A stretch of DNA of 64,000 nt from an uncultured Actinomycetes bacterium (GCA_963734685.1 CAVTIC010000006.1:286977-350976), one strand, 5' to 3'; positions 48,936 through 59,746 are shown, counted from the first letter of the stretch. A program made the numbers and translations. The notes: generated from the letters alone by a model not told the origin.

Positions 48936-48941
48936 AGCCTA
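48936..48941 (-). promoter_or_regulatory. -10-like hexamer TAGGCT, 8 nt upstream of fabD ATG
   Basis: TANNNT hexamer with no SD. Confidence 0.4.
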
Positions 48942-49049
48942 TCGAGCCGACGGCGGCATGTGAGAGCGTGATGTGACGCGCCCGTGGTTTCGCCCTCGCG
49001 AAGTTGCCACGCCACGAGCCCTCCTGTTGAATGACCTGCGAGTCCCATC

Positions 49050-50132
<1,083 letters not shown>

Positions 50133-50138
50133 CCGCCC

Positions 50139-50996
50139 GTGGTCACCCGGCAGCGCCCCCGCTCGACGCGGCTCGTGGTGGTCGCCCTCGTCTCCGTGTC
50201 GCTCGCGATCATCACGCTCGACTACCGCCAGGGTGACGCGGGCCCGCTCGCCGGTCTCGGCGGCGCTGCGAAGGCCTTCATGGCCCCGATGCAGCGGGCC
50301 GTGACGGCCGTGACCGAGCCCGTGGGGGACTTCTTCTCGGGGCTCGCGCATCTCCCGTCGCTCGCCGACGAGAACGAGCGACTGAAGGAAGAGAACGCCT
50401 CGCTCCTCGCCCAGATCAGAGCCGACGGTTACGAGCAGTCGCAGTACGAGGGCCTGTTAGGCCTGCTCCAGCTGCAGGGATCGCTCGACCCCACGTCGGT
50501 GCCGGCGGTCGTGATCGCGAACGGCATCTCGAACTTCGAGTACACGATCACGATCGACAAAGGCTCGGGCGACGGCATCGAGGTGGATCAGCCCGTCGCG
50601 ACAGGGTTCCCCGGCTCACCGATGCTCGTCGGCCGGGTCGTGCAGGTCACGCCCACCTCTGCCGACGTGCGGCTCATCATCGACCGTGAAGTCGCCGTGG
50701 CGGCGACCGTCGAGGGCACCGATGAGGCGGGACTCGTCGAAGGGCAGGGCGACGCCGATCTGCGCATGAGCCTCGTGGAGCCCGGCACCCTGATCGAGGG
50801 CGACGAGTCGGTGTTCACACAGGGCTACGTGGTCGACGGCGAAGCCGGGCTGTACCCGCCGGGCATGCTGATCGGCCAGGTCTCGCGCACCGTGCCCGCG
50901 GAGAACGAGACCCAGGCATACATCGAGGTCCGACCCGCCGTGGACTTCGAGACCCTGCAGTTCGTGCTGGTGCTGCAGGCGAGGACGGAGGCGTGA
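50139..50996 (+). CDS. mreC: rod shape-determining protein MreC
   Basis: It has a TM anchor, the coiled coil LADENERLKEENASLLAQI and a beta-barrel domain. Synteny follows mreB. Confidence 0.85.
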   Translation: MVTRQRPRSTRLVVVALVSVSLAIITLDYRQGDAGPLAGLGGAAKAFMAPMQRAVTAVTEPVGDFFSGLAHLPSLADENERLKEENASLLAQIRADGYEQSQYEGLLGLLQLQGSLDPTSVPAVVIANGISNFEYTITIDKGSGDGIEVDQPVATGFPGSPMLVGRVVQVTPTSADVRLIIDREVAVAATVEGTDEAGLVEGQGDADLRMSLVEPGTLIEGDESVFTQGYVVDGEAGLYPPGMLIGQVSRTVPAENETQAYIEVRPAVDFETLQFVLVLQARTEA

Positions 50997-51000
50997 GTCC

Positions 51001-51510
51001 GTGACCCGGCGTGTGCTCGTCACCATCGCGATCGTCCTGACCGCGCTGTTGCTGCAGTCGACGCTCTTCTGGCAGCTCAAGCTCGTCGGCGTGCGTCCGG
51101 AGCTGATGTACCTCGTGACGATCGTGATCGCGATCCTCGAAGGCCCGCAGGAAGGTGCGGTCACCGGCTTCTTCGCCGGCATGGCTCAGGATTTCCTGCT
51201 GAACCAGCCCAAGGGCATCACGGCGCTGACGCTGACGTTGGTGGGCTATGCCGCCGGGCTCGCTCGCCAGTACATCGTGTCGCCCTCGCCCCTGCTGCCG
51301 ACGATCCTCGTGGGGGTGGGCACCGCGGCCGGGGTGGCCTTCTACCAGATCGTGGCGTTCTTGCTCGGCCAGCTCCAGGAGCCCTTCGCGTACGCGGTGC
51401 GGGTCACCCTGCTCACCGCGCTCTACGGTGCGATCCTCACGCCGATCGTGTACCCGCTGCTGCGGCGCGTGATCGAGGGCTCTCGACCGACCAGGGTGGT
51501 GCGGTTCTAG
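51001..51510 (+). CDS. mreD: rod shape-determining protein MreD
   Basis: A small polytopic membrane protein located between mreC and the PBP2 gene. Confidence 0.75.
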   Translation: MTRRVLVTIAIVLTALLLQSTLFWQLKLVGVRPELMYLVTIVIAILEGPQEGAVTGFFAGMAQDFLLNQPKGITALTLTLVGYAAGLARQYIVSPSPLLPTILVGVGTAAGVAFYQIVAFLLGQLQEPFAYAVRVTLLTALYGAILTPIVYPLLRRVIEGSRPTRVVRF

Positions 51511-53469
51511 ATGGAGAGGTCCTCGGCCCGCCTGAAGGTGTTCGCGATCCTCGTGCTCGTGATGTTCGCGGCGCTCTCGACGCGGCTGTGGTTCCTGCAG
51601 GTGCTGGCGACACAGGTCTACGCGAAGGAAGCCCAGAACAACGGCGTGCGCACGACGTCGATCGATGCGCTGCGAGGGGAGATCTGGACGGCCGACCAGT
51701 ACGGCACGCCGAAGGGCGAGCCTTTGGTGGAGAACCGCAGCAGCCTCGAGGTGCGCATCGACAAGCAGGAGCTCGAGGAGAGCGGCCGGGCTGAGGAGGT
51801 GCTGCTCGATCTCTCGGCGATGCTCGACATCCCGGTCAAGCAGATCACGGCGGCGCTCGACAGTGATCTCTACTTCGATTACCAGCCCAAGCCGATCGCG
51901 GAGTTCGTGCCCGAGGAGGTCGCGTTCGCGATCCGCGAGCGCCAGGGGGACTTCCCCGGTGTCCAGGTGCGCAACACGAGCGTGCGTGAGTACCCGATGG
52001 GGCGGAGCGCTTCGCACATCGTCGGATGGGTCGGGCAGGTGCGGAAGGAGCAGATCGAGCAGGCGCGTGCCGGAGAGTACGGACCGAACGACATGGCCGG
52101 TCAGGCGGGGCTCGAGGTGCAGTACGAGAGGTGGCTCCGCGGAACGAAGGGCCTGCAGCGCTACGTCGTGAACTCCGATGGTGAGCGCATCCGCGACCTC
52201 GGGGGGCGTCCGCCGACCGCTGGGGGCGACCTCGTCCTCACGGTCGACGGCGCGTGGCAGCAGGCCGCCGAGGGAGCACTCGAGGACACCATCTACCGCA
52301 CGCGTGGGGTCTACGATGAAGACCATCTCAAGTACTTCCAGGCTGACGCCGGTGTCGTGATCGTGCTCGACGTCGAGACCGGCGGCATCAAGGCGATGGC
52401 GTCCTGGCCGGACTACGACCCACGGTGGTACGTCAGCGGCCTGACGCGAGATCAGCGTTGCTACCTCGGCCTGGTCCCGCGGTGCCCAGGTGCGAACGAG
52501 GTTGCCCCGTCGCTGAACCGCGCCTATCAGGCCTCGTACATCCCCGGCTCCACGTTCAAGCCGTTCACGGCGCTCGCAGCGGTGAAGGAGGGTTTCGCCA
52601 ACTTCAGCGACTACTACCCGTGTCCGGCGGAGTACGTGCATCCGAACGACACGTCGGGGGCCGTGTTCCACAACTGGTCCGATACGGACCTGTACCCCGT
52701 GACGGTCGCGGGATCGTTGATCATCTCGTGCGACTCCAACTACTACGCCTGGGGGTCGGACTTCTGGTACCGCTACCAGAACGACCAGCTGGGTGAGAAC
52801 AACGAGCCGTTGCAGCGCGATCTGCGCGCTTGGGGTTTCGAGCAACCGACCGGCGTGGACCTGCCGGGCGAGGCATCGGGGCTGATCCCCGATGCGGTGT
52901 GGGCCGCCCAGGACGAGCAGAAGGCCATCTTCCCGGACGGCATCAACCCGGGCGGATACATCCTCACGATGATCGGGTCGGGGTACATGCAGGCGACCCC
53001 GCTGCAACTCGCTCAGGCCTACGCCGCGATCGCCAATGAGGGCCACCTGTGCCGCCCGCACGTCGTCGACCGGGTGATGGCATCCGACGGCGAGCAGGTC
53101 CTGAAGAAGGTGGGCGGGCGCTGCGACCGCACCGTGCCCTACTCGAGAGCCCAGCTCGACTACATCCGCAGCGCCTTGAGCCAGGTGCCCGTGAGCGGCA
53201 CCGCCAGGACGCCGTTCCTCGGCTTCCCCCTCACGGACCTTCCGGTGGCCGGCAAGACGGGCACCGCGTTCCGCGGGGACACGTACCAGGACACGTCGTG
53301 GTTCGCAGCCATGGTGCCGGCCGATGACCCGAAGTACGTGGTGGTCGCCATGGTCGAGCAGGCAGGTTTCGGCTCCGACGTGGCGGCCCCGCTCGTCCGC
53401 CGCATGATCGAGACGATGTACGGGATCGAGCCGGGCGGGCAGATCATCACGCAGACGGGGCAGGACTGA
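51511..53469 (+). CDS. mrdA: penicillin-binding protein 2 (elongation transpeptidase)
   Basis: Motifs are SxxK (PGSTFKP), SxD in the SxN position (ISCDSNYY) and KTG (GKTGTA). It has an N-terminal TM anchor. Confidence 0.9.
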   Translation: MERSSARLKVFAILVLVMFAALSTRLWFLQVLATQVYAKEAQNNGVRTTSIDALRGEIWTADQYGTPKGEPLVENRSSLEVRIDKQELEESGRAEEVLLDLSAMLDIPVKQITAALDSDLYFDYQPKPIAEFVPEEVAFAIRERQGDFPGVQVRNTSVREYPMGRSASHIVGWVGQVRKEQIEQARAGEYGPNDMAGQAGLEVQYERWLRGTKGLQRYVVNSDGERIRDLGGRPPTAGGDLVLTVDGAWQQAAEGALEDTIYRTRGVYDEDHLKYFQADAGVVIVLDVETGGIKAMASWPDYDPRWYVSGLTRDQRCYLGLVPRCPGANEVAPSLNRAYQASYIPGSTFKPFTALAAVKEGFANFSDYYPCPAEYVHPNDTSGAVFHNWSDTDLYPVTVAGSLIISCDSNYYAWGSDFWYRYQNDQLGENNEPLQRDLRAWGFEQPTGVDLPGEASGLIPDAVWAAQDEQKAIFPDGINPGGYILTMIGSGYMQATPLQLAQAYAAIANEGHLCRPHVVDRVMASDGEQVLKKVGGRCDRTVPYSRAQLDYIRSALSQVPVSGTARTPFLGFPLTDLPVAGKTGTAFRGDTYQDTSWFAAMVPADDPKYVVVAMVEQAGFGSDVAAPLVRRMIETMYGIEPGGQIITQTGQD

Positions 53470-54620
53470 TGGACGTCGTCGCGGGGCGCGTGTGGGCCGA
53501 TGAGCGGCGTCCCATCCGGCATCTCGACCCGACCCTGCTGGCGGTCACGGCCGCGCTCGTCGTGATCGGGATGTTCGCGATCTACTCGGCCACGAGCCAG
53601 ACCCTGCGCGCCGACGGCTTCGACCCATTCGCACGCGTGAACAAGCAGGCGGTCACGGCCTTGCTCGGCCTCGTGTTGCTGCTCGTGATGGCCACGTTCG
53701 ACTACCGGTTCCTGAAGGTGTACGCGGGATTCATCTACGGGGCCACGATCGTGGGCCTGCTGGTGCTGCGGATCCCGGGTCTCGCCGCGAGCGAGACCGG
53801 TACGAGCAACTACATCGACATCCCAGGGGTCAGCCTGTTGCAGATCAGCCCGTCGGAGTTCGCGAAGATCGGCCTCATGGTGATCCTCGCCGCGATGCTC
53901 TCCGAGCTTCGCTCGCCCGTGCCGACGCTTCCCGACCTCGTGCGGGTGATCGGCGTCGCGGGCGTGACGATGTTGCTCGTGTTCATCAACGTCGAGATCG
54001 GCACGACCATCGTTCTGGCGGCCATCACGGTGGGTGTGCTGGTGGTGGCGGGCACCCAGGCCAAGCACCTGGTCGTGCTCGCCCTCGCCGCGATCGTGCT
54101 GATCGCCCTGGCGTTCCAGCTCAACGTGGTCGAGGAGTACCAGGTCGAGCGGCTGCTCACGGTCTTCGACTCAGGTTCGGTCAGTGAGGACGCGCGCTAC
54201 AACCTGGAGCAGTCGGTGATCGCGGTGGGCTCGGGCGGCATGTTCGGTCGCGGCTTCTTGCATGGCTCTCAGACGAACCTGGACTACGTGCCGGAGCAGC
54301 ACACCGACTTCATCTTCACGGTGATCGGCGAGGAATTCGGGTTCCTCGGGTCGGCGTTCGTGCTCGGGCTGTTCGCGCTGCTGCTCTGGCGGGCGATCCG
54401 CATCGCCTACCTGTCGAAGGACGCGTTCGGCACCTACCTCGCGACCGGTGTGGCATCGATGTTCGCGATCCAGATCTTCGTGAACGTCGGCATGGTGATC
54501 GGCATCATGCCGATCACCGGCATCCCACTGCCGTTCCTGAGCTACGGGGGCACGGCGATGCTCGTGAACTTCGTGGCGATCGGCATCCTGCTGAACGTGC
54601 ACATGCGGCGCTTCAAGTAG
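53469..54620 (+). CDS. rodA: FtsW/RodA/SpoVE family peptidoglycan glycosyltransferase RodA
   Basis: The polytopic protein carries PSEFAKI, EQHTDFIF and PLPFLSYGGTAM. Its start overlaps the PBP2 stop by 1 nt. Confidence 0.9.
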   Translation: MDVVAGRVWADERRPIRHLDPTLLAVTAALVVIGMFAIYSATSQTLRADGFDPFARVNKQAVTALLGLVLLLVMATFDYRFLKVYAGFIYGATIVGLLVLRIPGLAASETGTSNYIDIPGVSLLQISPSEFAKIGLMVILAAMLSELRSPVPTLPDLVRVIGVAGVTMLLVFINVEIGTTIVLAAITVGVLVVAGTQAKHLVVLALAAIVLIALAFQLNVVEEYQVERLLTVFDSGSVSEDARYNLEQSVIAVGSGGMFGRGFLHGSQTNLDYVPEQHTDFIFTVIGEEFGFLGSAFVLGLFALLLWRAIRIAYLSKDAFGTYLATGVASMFAIQIFVNVGMVIGIMPITGIPLPFLSYGGTAMLVNFVAIGILLNVHMRRFK

Positions 54621-54641
54621 CGGCGCGACCGTGCTGGCCGC

Positions 54642-55835
54642 TCAGATGGGGCGAGGCCCGGTGGTGGCGCGCGATACGGTCCAGAGGAAGGTCGAGCCCT
54701 CGGGACCGGTGGACTCGAGCACGACATCGCCCTCCATCGCATTCGCCGACATGCGCGCGAGCGTCAGGCCCAGCCCGACCCCTTGATGGGTTCGTGTGTT
54801 CAGGCTCTCCGCCTGCTCCAGCGGCTCGAAGATGCGGTGCATCGCCTCCGGGTCGATGCCCTCGCCGCGGTCGATCACTCGGACCTGGGGGCCGTCCTCG
54901 CCGATGCAGACCGAGATCGTCACCGGGCTGCCGGCGGGAGAGAAGGCCAGCGCGTTCTCGACCAGTTCCTCGAGGATCCGACGGGCCGCGATGCGGTTCA
55001 GGCTCGCCATCGCCGGACCGCCGGGCGCCTCGACGTCGACCCGGTCGTAGGGCTCGGCGACCTCGAGGGCGACCTGGGCGACGTCGGCCCATTCGGTGAG
55101 CCCGGCCTCGACCGCCGCCTCGAACCGCTGCACGAGCCGGGCGAGACCGTTCGCTCGCTCGACGAGGCTCTCGAGGATCGGGCCCCGCTCGATCTCTGGC
55201 GCGGTTCCCTTCGCGAGCGTCTGTGCCATGCCCAGGATCACCGTGACCGGTGTTCGCAGCTCGTGTCCGAGCCGGGAGATCAACTCGTGCCGGCGGGCGG
55301 CCCGCTCGAGCAGGGCCTGCTGGGCGATCTCGAGCTGGCGGGTGCGGCGGCGCTCCCGCCCGAGCGCATCGGTCAGCTCTTCGATCACGGTGGGGGTGAC
55401 CTCCGGGGAGAGCACGCCGCCTCCGGTGACCGCCTGCCGGACGGCGTAGAGGATCTCGTCGCCGTCGCTGTCCTTCAATACGTATCCCGACGCCCCGGCG
55501 ACCAGCATGTCGCGCACGGCCCGTTGGTCCTCGGAGCCGGTGAGCGCCACCACCCCCAAGGTCGGGAACCGGGACTTCAGCTCGCGCGTCGTCTCGATGC
55601 CGTCCATCTCCGGCATCCGCACGTCCATCAGCACCACGTCGGGCTCGGCCACCTCGATCATCGCCAACGCCTGCGCGCCGTTCGATGCCTGACCGACCAC
55701 CGTCATCTCCTCGGTGTCGAGCAGGGTGACGAGCGATTCCCTGAACCCGTCGTTGTCGTCGACCAGGAGCACCCGAACTCGCGGAAGCCTGGTCGGCAGG
55801 GTCGCCAAGTTCGCGGGGACGGCGACGTCGCTCAT
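54642..55835 (-). CDS. hybrid response-regulator receiver / histidine kinase (REC-HisKA-HATPase_c)
   Basis: The REC domain has VLLVDDN...VVLMDVRMPEMDG...ALTG. The H-box is RLGHELRTPV, the G-boxes are DRGEGI and GVGLGL, and there is no TM or sensor domain. Confidence 0.85.
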   Translation of the reverse strand: MSDVAVPANLATLPTRLPRVRVLLVDDNDGFRESLVTLLDTEEMTVVGQASNGAQALAMIEVAEPDVVLMDVRMPEMDGIETTRELKSRFPTLGVVALTGSEDQRAVRDMLVAGASGYVLKDSDGDEILYAVRQAVTGGGVLSPEVTPTVIEELTDALGRERRRTRQLEIAQQALLERAARRHELISRLGHELRTPVTVILGMAQTLAKGTAPEIERGPILESLVERANGLARLVQRFEAAVEAGLTEWADVAQVALEVAEPYDRVDVEAPGGPAMASLNRIAARRILEELVENALAFSPAGSPVTISVCIGEDGPQVRVIDRGEGIDPEAMHRIFEPLEQAESLNTRTHQGVGLGLTLARMSANAMEGDVVLESTGPEGSTFLWTVSRATTGPRPI

Positions 55836-56274
55836 ACAGGAAGTGTCGGCTCGCCCGCCCGACGGGGGTATCCGGCCAACGCCGGGTTCCCCTCGGGGGA
55901 CACGGGCAGGTCCACCTGGTTCGGAGGAACTAGGCCGTGCCCGCTCCCGGCCCCTGTGGCTCCCGCCGCCATTCGCCTACTCGACCTCGCCCCCGGCGCT
56001 GCTATGCTGCGGGCCAGAGCTTCCCGTCGCAGGCCGCACACACGGCCCTCGTGACGGGGTTCCAACCAGTCGAGGAGGCGCGCGACCGCCGCCCGGCCGA
56101 TCCAGGCCAGGAGCGCGGAACGCAGGCGCCGGACAAGGACGTATCGGGTGCGCGATCTCGCGCGAGGCCCGGCGCGCGGCATCCGTCGCAGCGCGGGCCT
56201 CACCGCAATCACATCGCCCAGCGTGTCGCGGACGGTCCGCGGCGCTGTCGTCCGTTCGTCAGCCGCCAGCGGCT

Positions 56275-56300
56275 CTCCTCCTCGCACCGAGCGAGAGGAG
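56275..56300 (+). promoter_or_regulatory. SD-sequestering hairpin in the rne leader
   Basis: CTCCT(C)CTCGC-accga-GCGAGAGGAG forms a 10 bp stem with one bulge. The 3' arm is the GAGAGGAG Shine-Dalgarno sequence, 6 nt before GTG 56306. Confidence 0.5.
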
Positions 56301-56305
56301 TAACA

Positions 56306-58474
56306 GTGGATCACGAGGCCGAGGTGGCGGCGCCGAGGGCGACCGCCGATCCCGAGGTCGACGAGCGCATCGCGGCGTTCAAGCGCGGCGCGCCGCTGCC
56401 CAAGGCGAAGACCGACCCGGCGCCGGTCGAGCAGACCACGAAGGCCCAGGCCACGCCTCGAAGCGCGCCGGCCAAGGCGAAGCCACGACCGCAACGCGTC
56501 GATGAGCCGACGACCGAGCCGGCACAGGGCGGCGACCGTTCGCAGGATCAGGCGAGCGAAGGATCCGGAGGCGCGCCATCGTCGACCCGCCGCCGCCGTG
56601 GCGGTCGGGGTCGAGGCGGCCGCGGAAGCGGGTCGTCCGGACCGAGCACGGAGGCTCGGTCGAAGGGCGACAGGTCCCCGAAGCCTGAGAAGCCCGAGAC
56701 GTCCGACAAGCCCGCGAAGCTCGAGGAGCCGGCGAAGGCCGACGCGGACACCACCGAGCAGGGTCCTTCACCGCAGGGAGCGGACCCGGGATCTTCCCCG
56801 GGCTCGCCCCGGAAGCGGCGACGCCGAGGGGGAAGGGGACGTGGCGGTGCGAGCCGCCTCACCGTGGTCGACGACGAGGGGGTCGAAGAGGCTCCGGCAG
56901 CAGAGTCGGCCGCCTCCCAGCGTGACGACGCGACCCCCGATGCCGACGCTCCGGCCGGTGACTCCACCTCACCCTCCCGCCGTCGCCGCGGCCCTCGGGG
57001 AGGTTCCGGATCCCGTACCGGCCCGCAGGGCGGCGCCGCAGCGGATCCGGGCGCAGAGGTTGGCACGACCGCGGGCGGCAACGGTCGTTCCCGAACCAAG
57101 ACCAAGGCGATGACGGTCGAGGAACAGGTGGCTGCGGGTGGTCCTACCCGCGGCATCCGCTCGACCCGCAGCCGCACCGGTGGCCGCGACGGGCGCCGTC
57201 GCCGCGAGCCGCAGATCGTGCCCCCCCGTATCACCGACAAGCTCATGGTCATCACCGAACGCGGGGACCGCGACCAGATCGCCGTGCTCGAGGAAGACGT
57301 GCTCGTCCAGCACTACGTCACCCGCCAGGGCGCGACCTCCATGGTCGGCAACGTCTACCTCGGTCGGGTGCAGAACGTGCTTCCCGGCATGGAGGCCGCA
57401 TTCGTCGACATCGGCCGCGGGCGCAACGGCGTGCTCTACGCAGGCGAGGTGAACTACCGGGCAGAGGACCTGGAAGGGCCCGCGCCGCGCATCGAGCAGG
57501 TGCTGAAGTCCGGCCAGGCGGTCATGGTGCAGGTCACCAAGGACCCGATGGGCGGCAAAGGCGCCCGGCTCACCGCGCAGATCTCGCTGCCGGGCCGATA
57601 CCTCGTGTTCGCGCCCGACCAGGATCTCTCCGGCATCAGTCGCCGGCTCGGCGATACCGAGCGAAAGCGCCTGAAGTCGATCCTCAAGACGGTGAAGCCG
57701 GCGGAGCATGGGGTCATCGTGCGCACGGCAGCCGAAGGAGCGTCGGAGGACGCGATCGTGCACGACATGAAGCGCCTGATCGGCCTCTGGGAGGACGTGC
57801 AGAAGCAGGCGAAGAAGGTCAAGGCTCCGGCCGTGCTCTACGAGGAGCCGGAGCTCACGCTGCGCGTCTTCCGCGACCTGTTCACCGACGAGGAGTTCAA
57901 GGGGCTCATCACCGACTCGCCGAGGATCCACGAACGGGTGCTCACGTACGTGCGTGACATCGCTCCCGACCTCGAGTCGAAGGTGACGCTGCACCGAGGG
58001 AAGCTGCCCGCTTTCGAGGAGCACCGCATCGAGGAGCAGATCCACAAGGCGCTCGACCGCAAGGTGTGGCTGCCGTCAGGCGGCTACCTCATCATCGAGC
58101 GAACCGAGGCGATGACGATCGTCGACGTGAACACGGGCAAGAGCGTGGGCAAGACTAACCTCGAAGAGACGGTCGTGAATACGAACCTCGAGGCCGCCAA
58201 AGAGGTCGCCCGTCAACTCCGGCTGCGCGACATCGGCGGCATCATCGTCGTGGACTTCATCGACATGCTGCTCGACAAGAACAAGGGCAAGGTCGAGAGC
58301 ACGATGAAAGAAGCCATGGCGCTCGACAAGACGCGCAGCCAGGTCTTCGAGATCGGGCCCCTCGGCTTGATGCAGGTCACCCGCAAGCGCGTATCCTCGG
58401 GCTTGGTCGAATCGTTCTCAGAGACCTGTCCCACCTGCGAAGGCCGGGGCATCCTGATCAACTATGGATCCTGA
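56306..58474 (+). CDS. rne: ribonuclease E/G family endoribonuclease with Arg/Pro/Ser-rich N-terminal region
   Basis: The S1 and catalytic core has GNVYLGRVQNVLPGMEAAFVDIG, AQISLPGRYLV and DVNTG...IGGIIVVDFIDM, with a CPxCxGxG Zn-link at the C-terminus. The GTG start follows GAGAGGAG. Confidence 0.9.
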   Translation: MDHEAEVAAPRATADPEVDERIAAFKRGAPLPKAKTDPAPVEQTTKAQATPRSAPAKAKPRPQRVDEPTTEPAQGGDRSQDQASEGSGGAPSSTRRRRGGRGRGGRGSGSSGPSTEARSKGDRSPKPEKPETSDKPAKLEEPAKADADTTEQGPSPQGADPGSSPGSPRKRRRRGGRGRGGASRLTVVDDEGVEEAPAAESAASQRDDATPDADAPAGDSTSPSRRRRGPRGGSGSRTGPQGGAAADPGAEVGTTAGGNGRSRTKTKAMTVEEQVAAGGPTRGIRSTRSRTGGRDGRRRREPQIVPPRITDKLMVITERGDRDQIAVLEEDVLVQHYVTRQGATSMVGNVYLGRVQNVLPGMEAAFVDIGRGRNGVLYAGEVNYRAEDLEGPAPRIEQVLKSGQAVMVQVTKDPMGGKGARLTAQISLPGRYLVFAPDQDLSGISRRLGDTERKRLKSILKTVKPAEHGVIVRTAAEGASEDAIVHDMKRLIGLWEDVQKQAKKVKAPAVLYEEPELTLRVFRDLFTDEEFKGLITDSPRIHERVLTYVRDIAPDLESKVTLHRGKLPAFEEHRIEEQIHKALDRKVWLPSGGYLIIERTEAMTIVDVNTGKSVGKTNLEETVVNTNLEAAKEVARQLRLRDIGGIIVVDFIDMLLDKNKGKVESTMKEAMALDKTRSQVFEIGPLGLMQVTRKRVSSGLVESFSETCPTCEGRGILINYGS

Positions 58475-58492
58475 GCGCGGGGGAACCCGCGC
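58475..58492 (+). terminator. GC hairpin immediately after the rne stop
   Basis: GCGCGGG-ggaa-CCCGCGC has a 7-bp stem. A weaker second hairpin lies at about 58503-58516. There is no U-tract. Confidence 0.4.
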
Positions 58493-58537
58493 CGGGCCCT
58501 GAGCGCGGGGCGACCCGCCACCCTGGAGGCAACCCAC

Positions 58538-58963
58538 ATGTATGCGGTGATCAAGACCGGCGGCAAGCAGCACAAGGTACAGGCGGGCGACGTGATCGAG
58601 GTCGAGAAGATCGTGCACGAGGGCGAGACGGTGACGTTCCAACCGCTTCTCGTCGTCGATGACGATGGCGGCACCCATGTGGGCGCCGAGGCCGCCAAGG
58701 CGACGGTCACCGCGAAGCCGCTGGGGGAGAAGAAGGGCGACAAGGTCCGCATCTTCAAGTACCGGCCGAAGAGCGGCTACGCGCAGCGAGGCGGGCACCG
58801 TCAATTGCTGACCCTGCTCGAGATCGAGAGCGTGACCCTCGGCGGAGCGAAGAAGCGGGCGCCGGCGAAGAAGACCGCGGGCGAGAAGGCCGGACAAGCC
58901 GAGGGAGCCGGGATGCACGAGGCGGAGGCGGCGGCGACGGAGGACTCCGCGGCCGAGGAGTAG
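58538..58963 (+). CDS. rplU: 50S ribosomal protein L21 (with Ala/Lys/Glu-rich C-terminal extension)
   Basis: MYAVIKTGGKQHKVQAGDVIEVEK...IFKYRPKSGY is typical of L21. Confidence 0.95.
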   Translation: MYAVIKTGGKQHKVQAGDVIEVEKIVHEGETVTFQPLLVVDDDGGTHVGAEAAKATVTAKPLGEKKGDKVRIFKYRPKSGYAQRGGHRQLLTLLEIESVTLGGAKKRAPAKKTAGEKAGQAEGAGMHEAEAAATEDSAAEE

Positions 58964-58993
58964 ACCGGCCGCGACTGTTACCCTGGAGGACCT

Positions 58994-59248
58994 ATGGCAC
59001 ACAAGAAGGGCGGCGGCTCGTCCCGCAACGGCCGCGATTCCAACGCCAAACGGCTGGGTGTGAAGGCCTACGGTGGCGAGACCGTTACCGCAGGCTCCGT
59101 GATCGTGCGCCAGCGAGGCACTCGCATCCACCCCGGTGACGGTGTGGGCAAGGGCGGTGACGACACCCTCTTCGCGCTCCGCGAGGGACAGGTGACGTTC
59201 TCCGAGTCGCGTGGTCGCAGGTTCGCCTCGGTCCGGCCGGCAGAGTAG
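58994..59248 (+). CDS. rpmA: 50S ribosomal protein L27
   Basis: [24 protein letters not shown]...IVRQRGT is typical of L27. Confidence 0.96.
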   Translation: MAHKKGGGSSRNGRDSNAKRLGVKAYGGETVTAGSVIVRQRGTRIHPGDGVGKGGDDTLFALREGQVTFSESRGRRFASVRPAE

Positions 59249-59251
59249 CGC

Positions 59252-59695
59252 TCACCTGCGCGTCCGCGCGATGACCTCGTCGACCCACGCCTGGATCGTG
59301 GTCTTCGTCGTCCCAGCCATCGTGGTCAGGTATCTCACGTTCTCGCGTTGATGACGCCGCTTCGAGCTTCGGCGGACCGCCCCGAACGGACCCAGGGGGC
59401 GTCCGGTCGGAGTCGTTCCGGACCTCTCCGCTGGGGATACCTCGAGCGGTGGAGGCTGGGAGAAGTAGAACGCGGTCTCGGCTCGAGACTCATCGTCACC
59501 GTGGGCGACGACGAGGATCGGGGACCCGCGCACCCGCCGCGCCGAGCGGATCTCGGCGAACGTCAGTCGGATCGTCTCTCCCGTTGCGCGATCCTCGAAC
59601 ACGAGCCCCTCGGCGTCGAGGCTGAGGGTTCCCTCGCGATCGCCGACGTCGCCGCGGCGCAGCTGCACCCGCCAGACCGTCACCGGTTCCACCAT
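59252..59695 (-). CDS. hypothetical protein
   Basis: ORF 59252..59800 trimmed to ATG 59695. It is convergent with rpmA with a 3-nt gap. No family was recognised. Confidence 0.4.
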   Translation of the reverse strand: MVEPVTVWRVQLRRGDVGDREGTLSLDAEGLVFEDRATGETIRLTFAEIRSARRVRGSPILVVAHGDDESRAETAFYFSQPPPLEVSPAERSGTTPTGRPLGPFGAVRRSSKRRHQRENVRYLTTMAGTTKTTIQAWVDEVIARTRR

Positions 59696-59733
59696 CCGCC
59701 CATCATCGTCGGCCGGGTGCTCCACGACCACCG

Positions 59734-59739
59734 TAGGCT
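59734..59739 (+). promoter_or_regulatory. -10-like hexamer TAGGCT, 7 nt upstream of obg ATG
   Basis: TANNNT hexamer with no SD. Confidence 0.4.
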
Positions 59740-59746
59740 GGGGGCC

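Noticed and set aside
55937-56305. 123-aa N-terminal extension of the rne ORF proposed by the ORF track
   Set aside because: The extension is Arg/Pro/Ala-rich with no codon-bias support. A GTG at 56306 with a strong GAGAGGAG SD marks the more plausible start, and the region is treated as a 5' leader.
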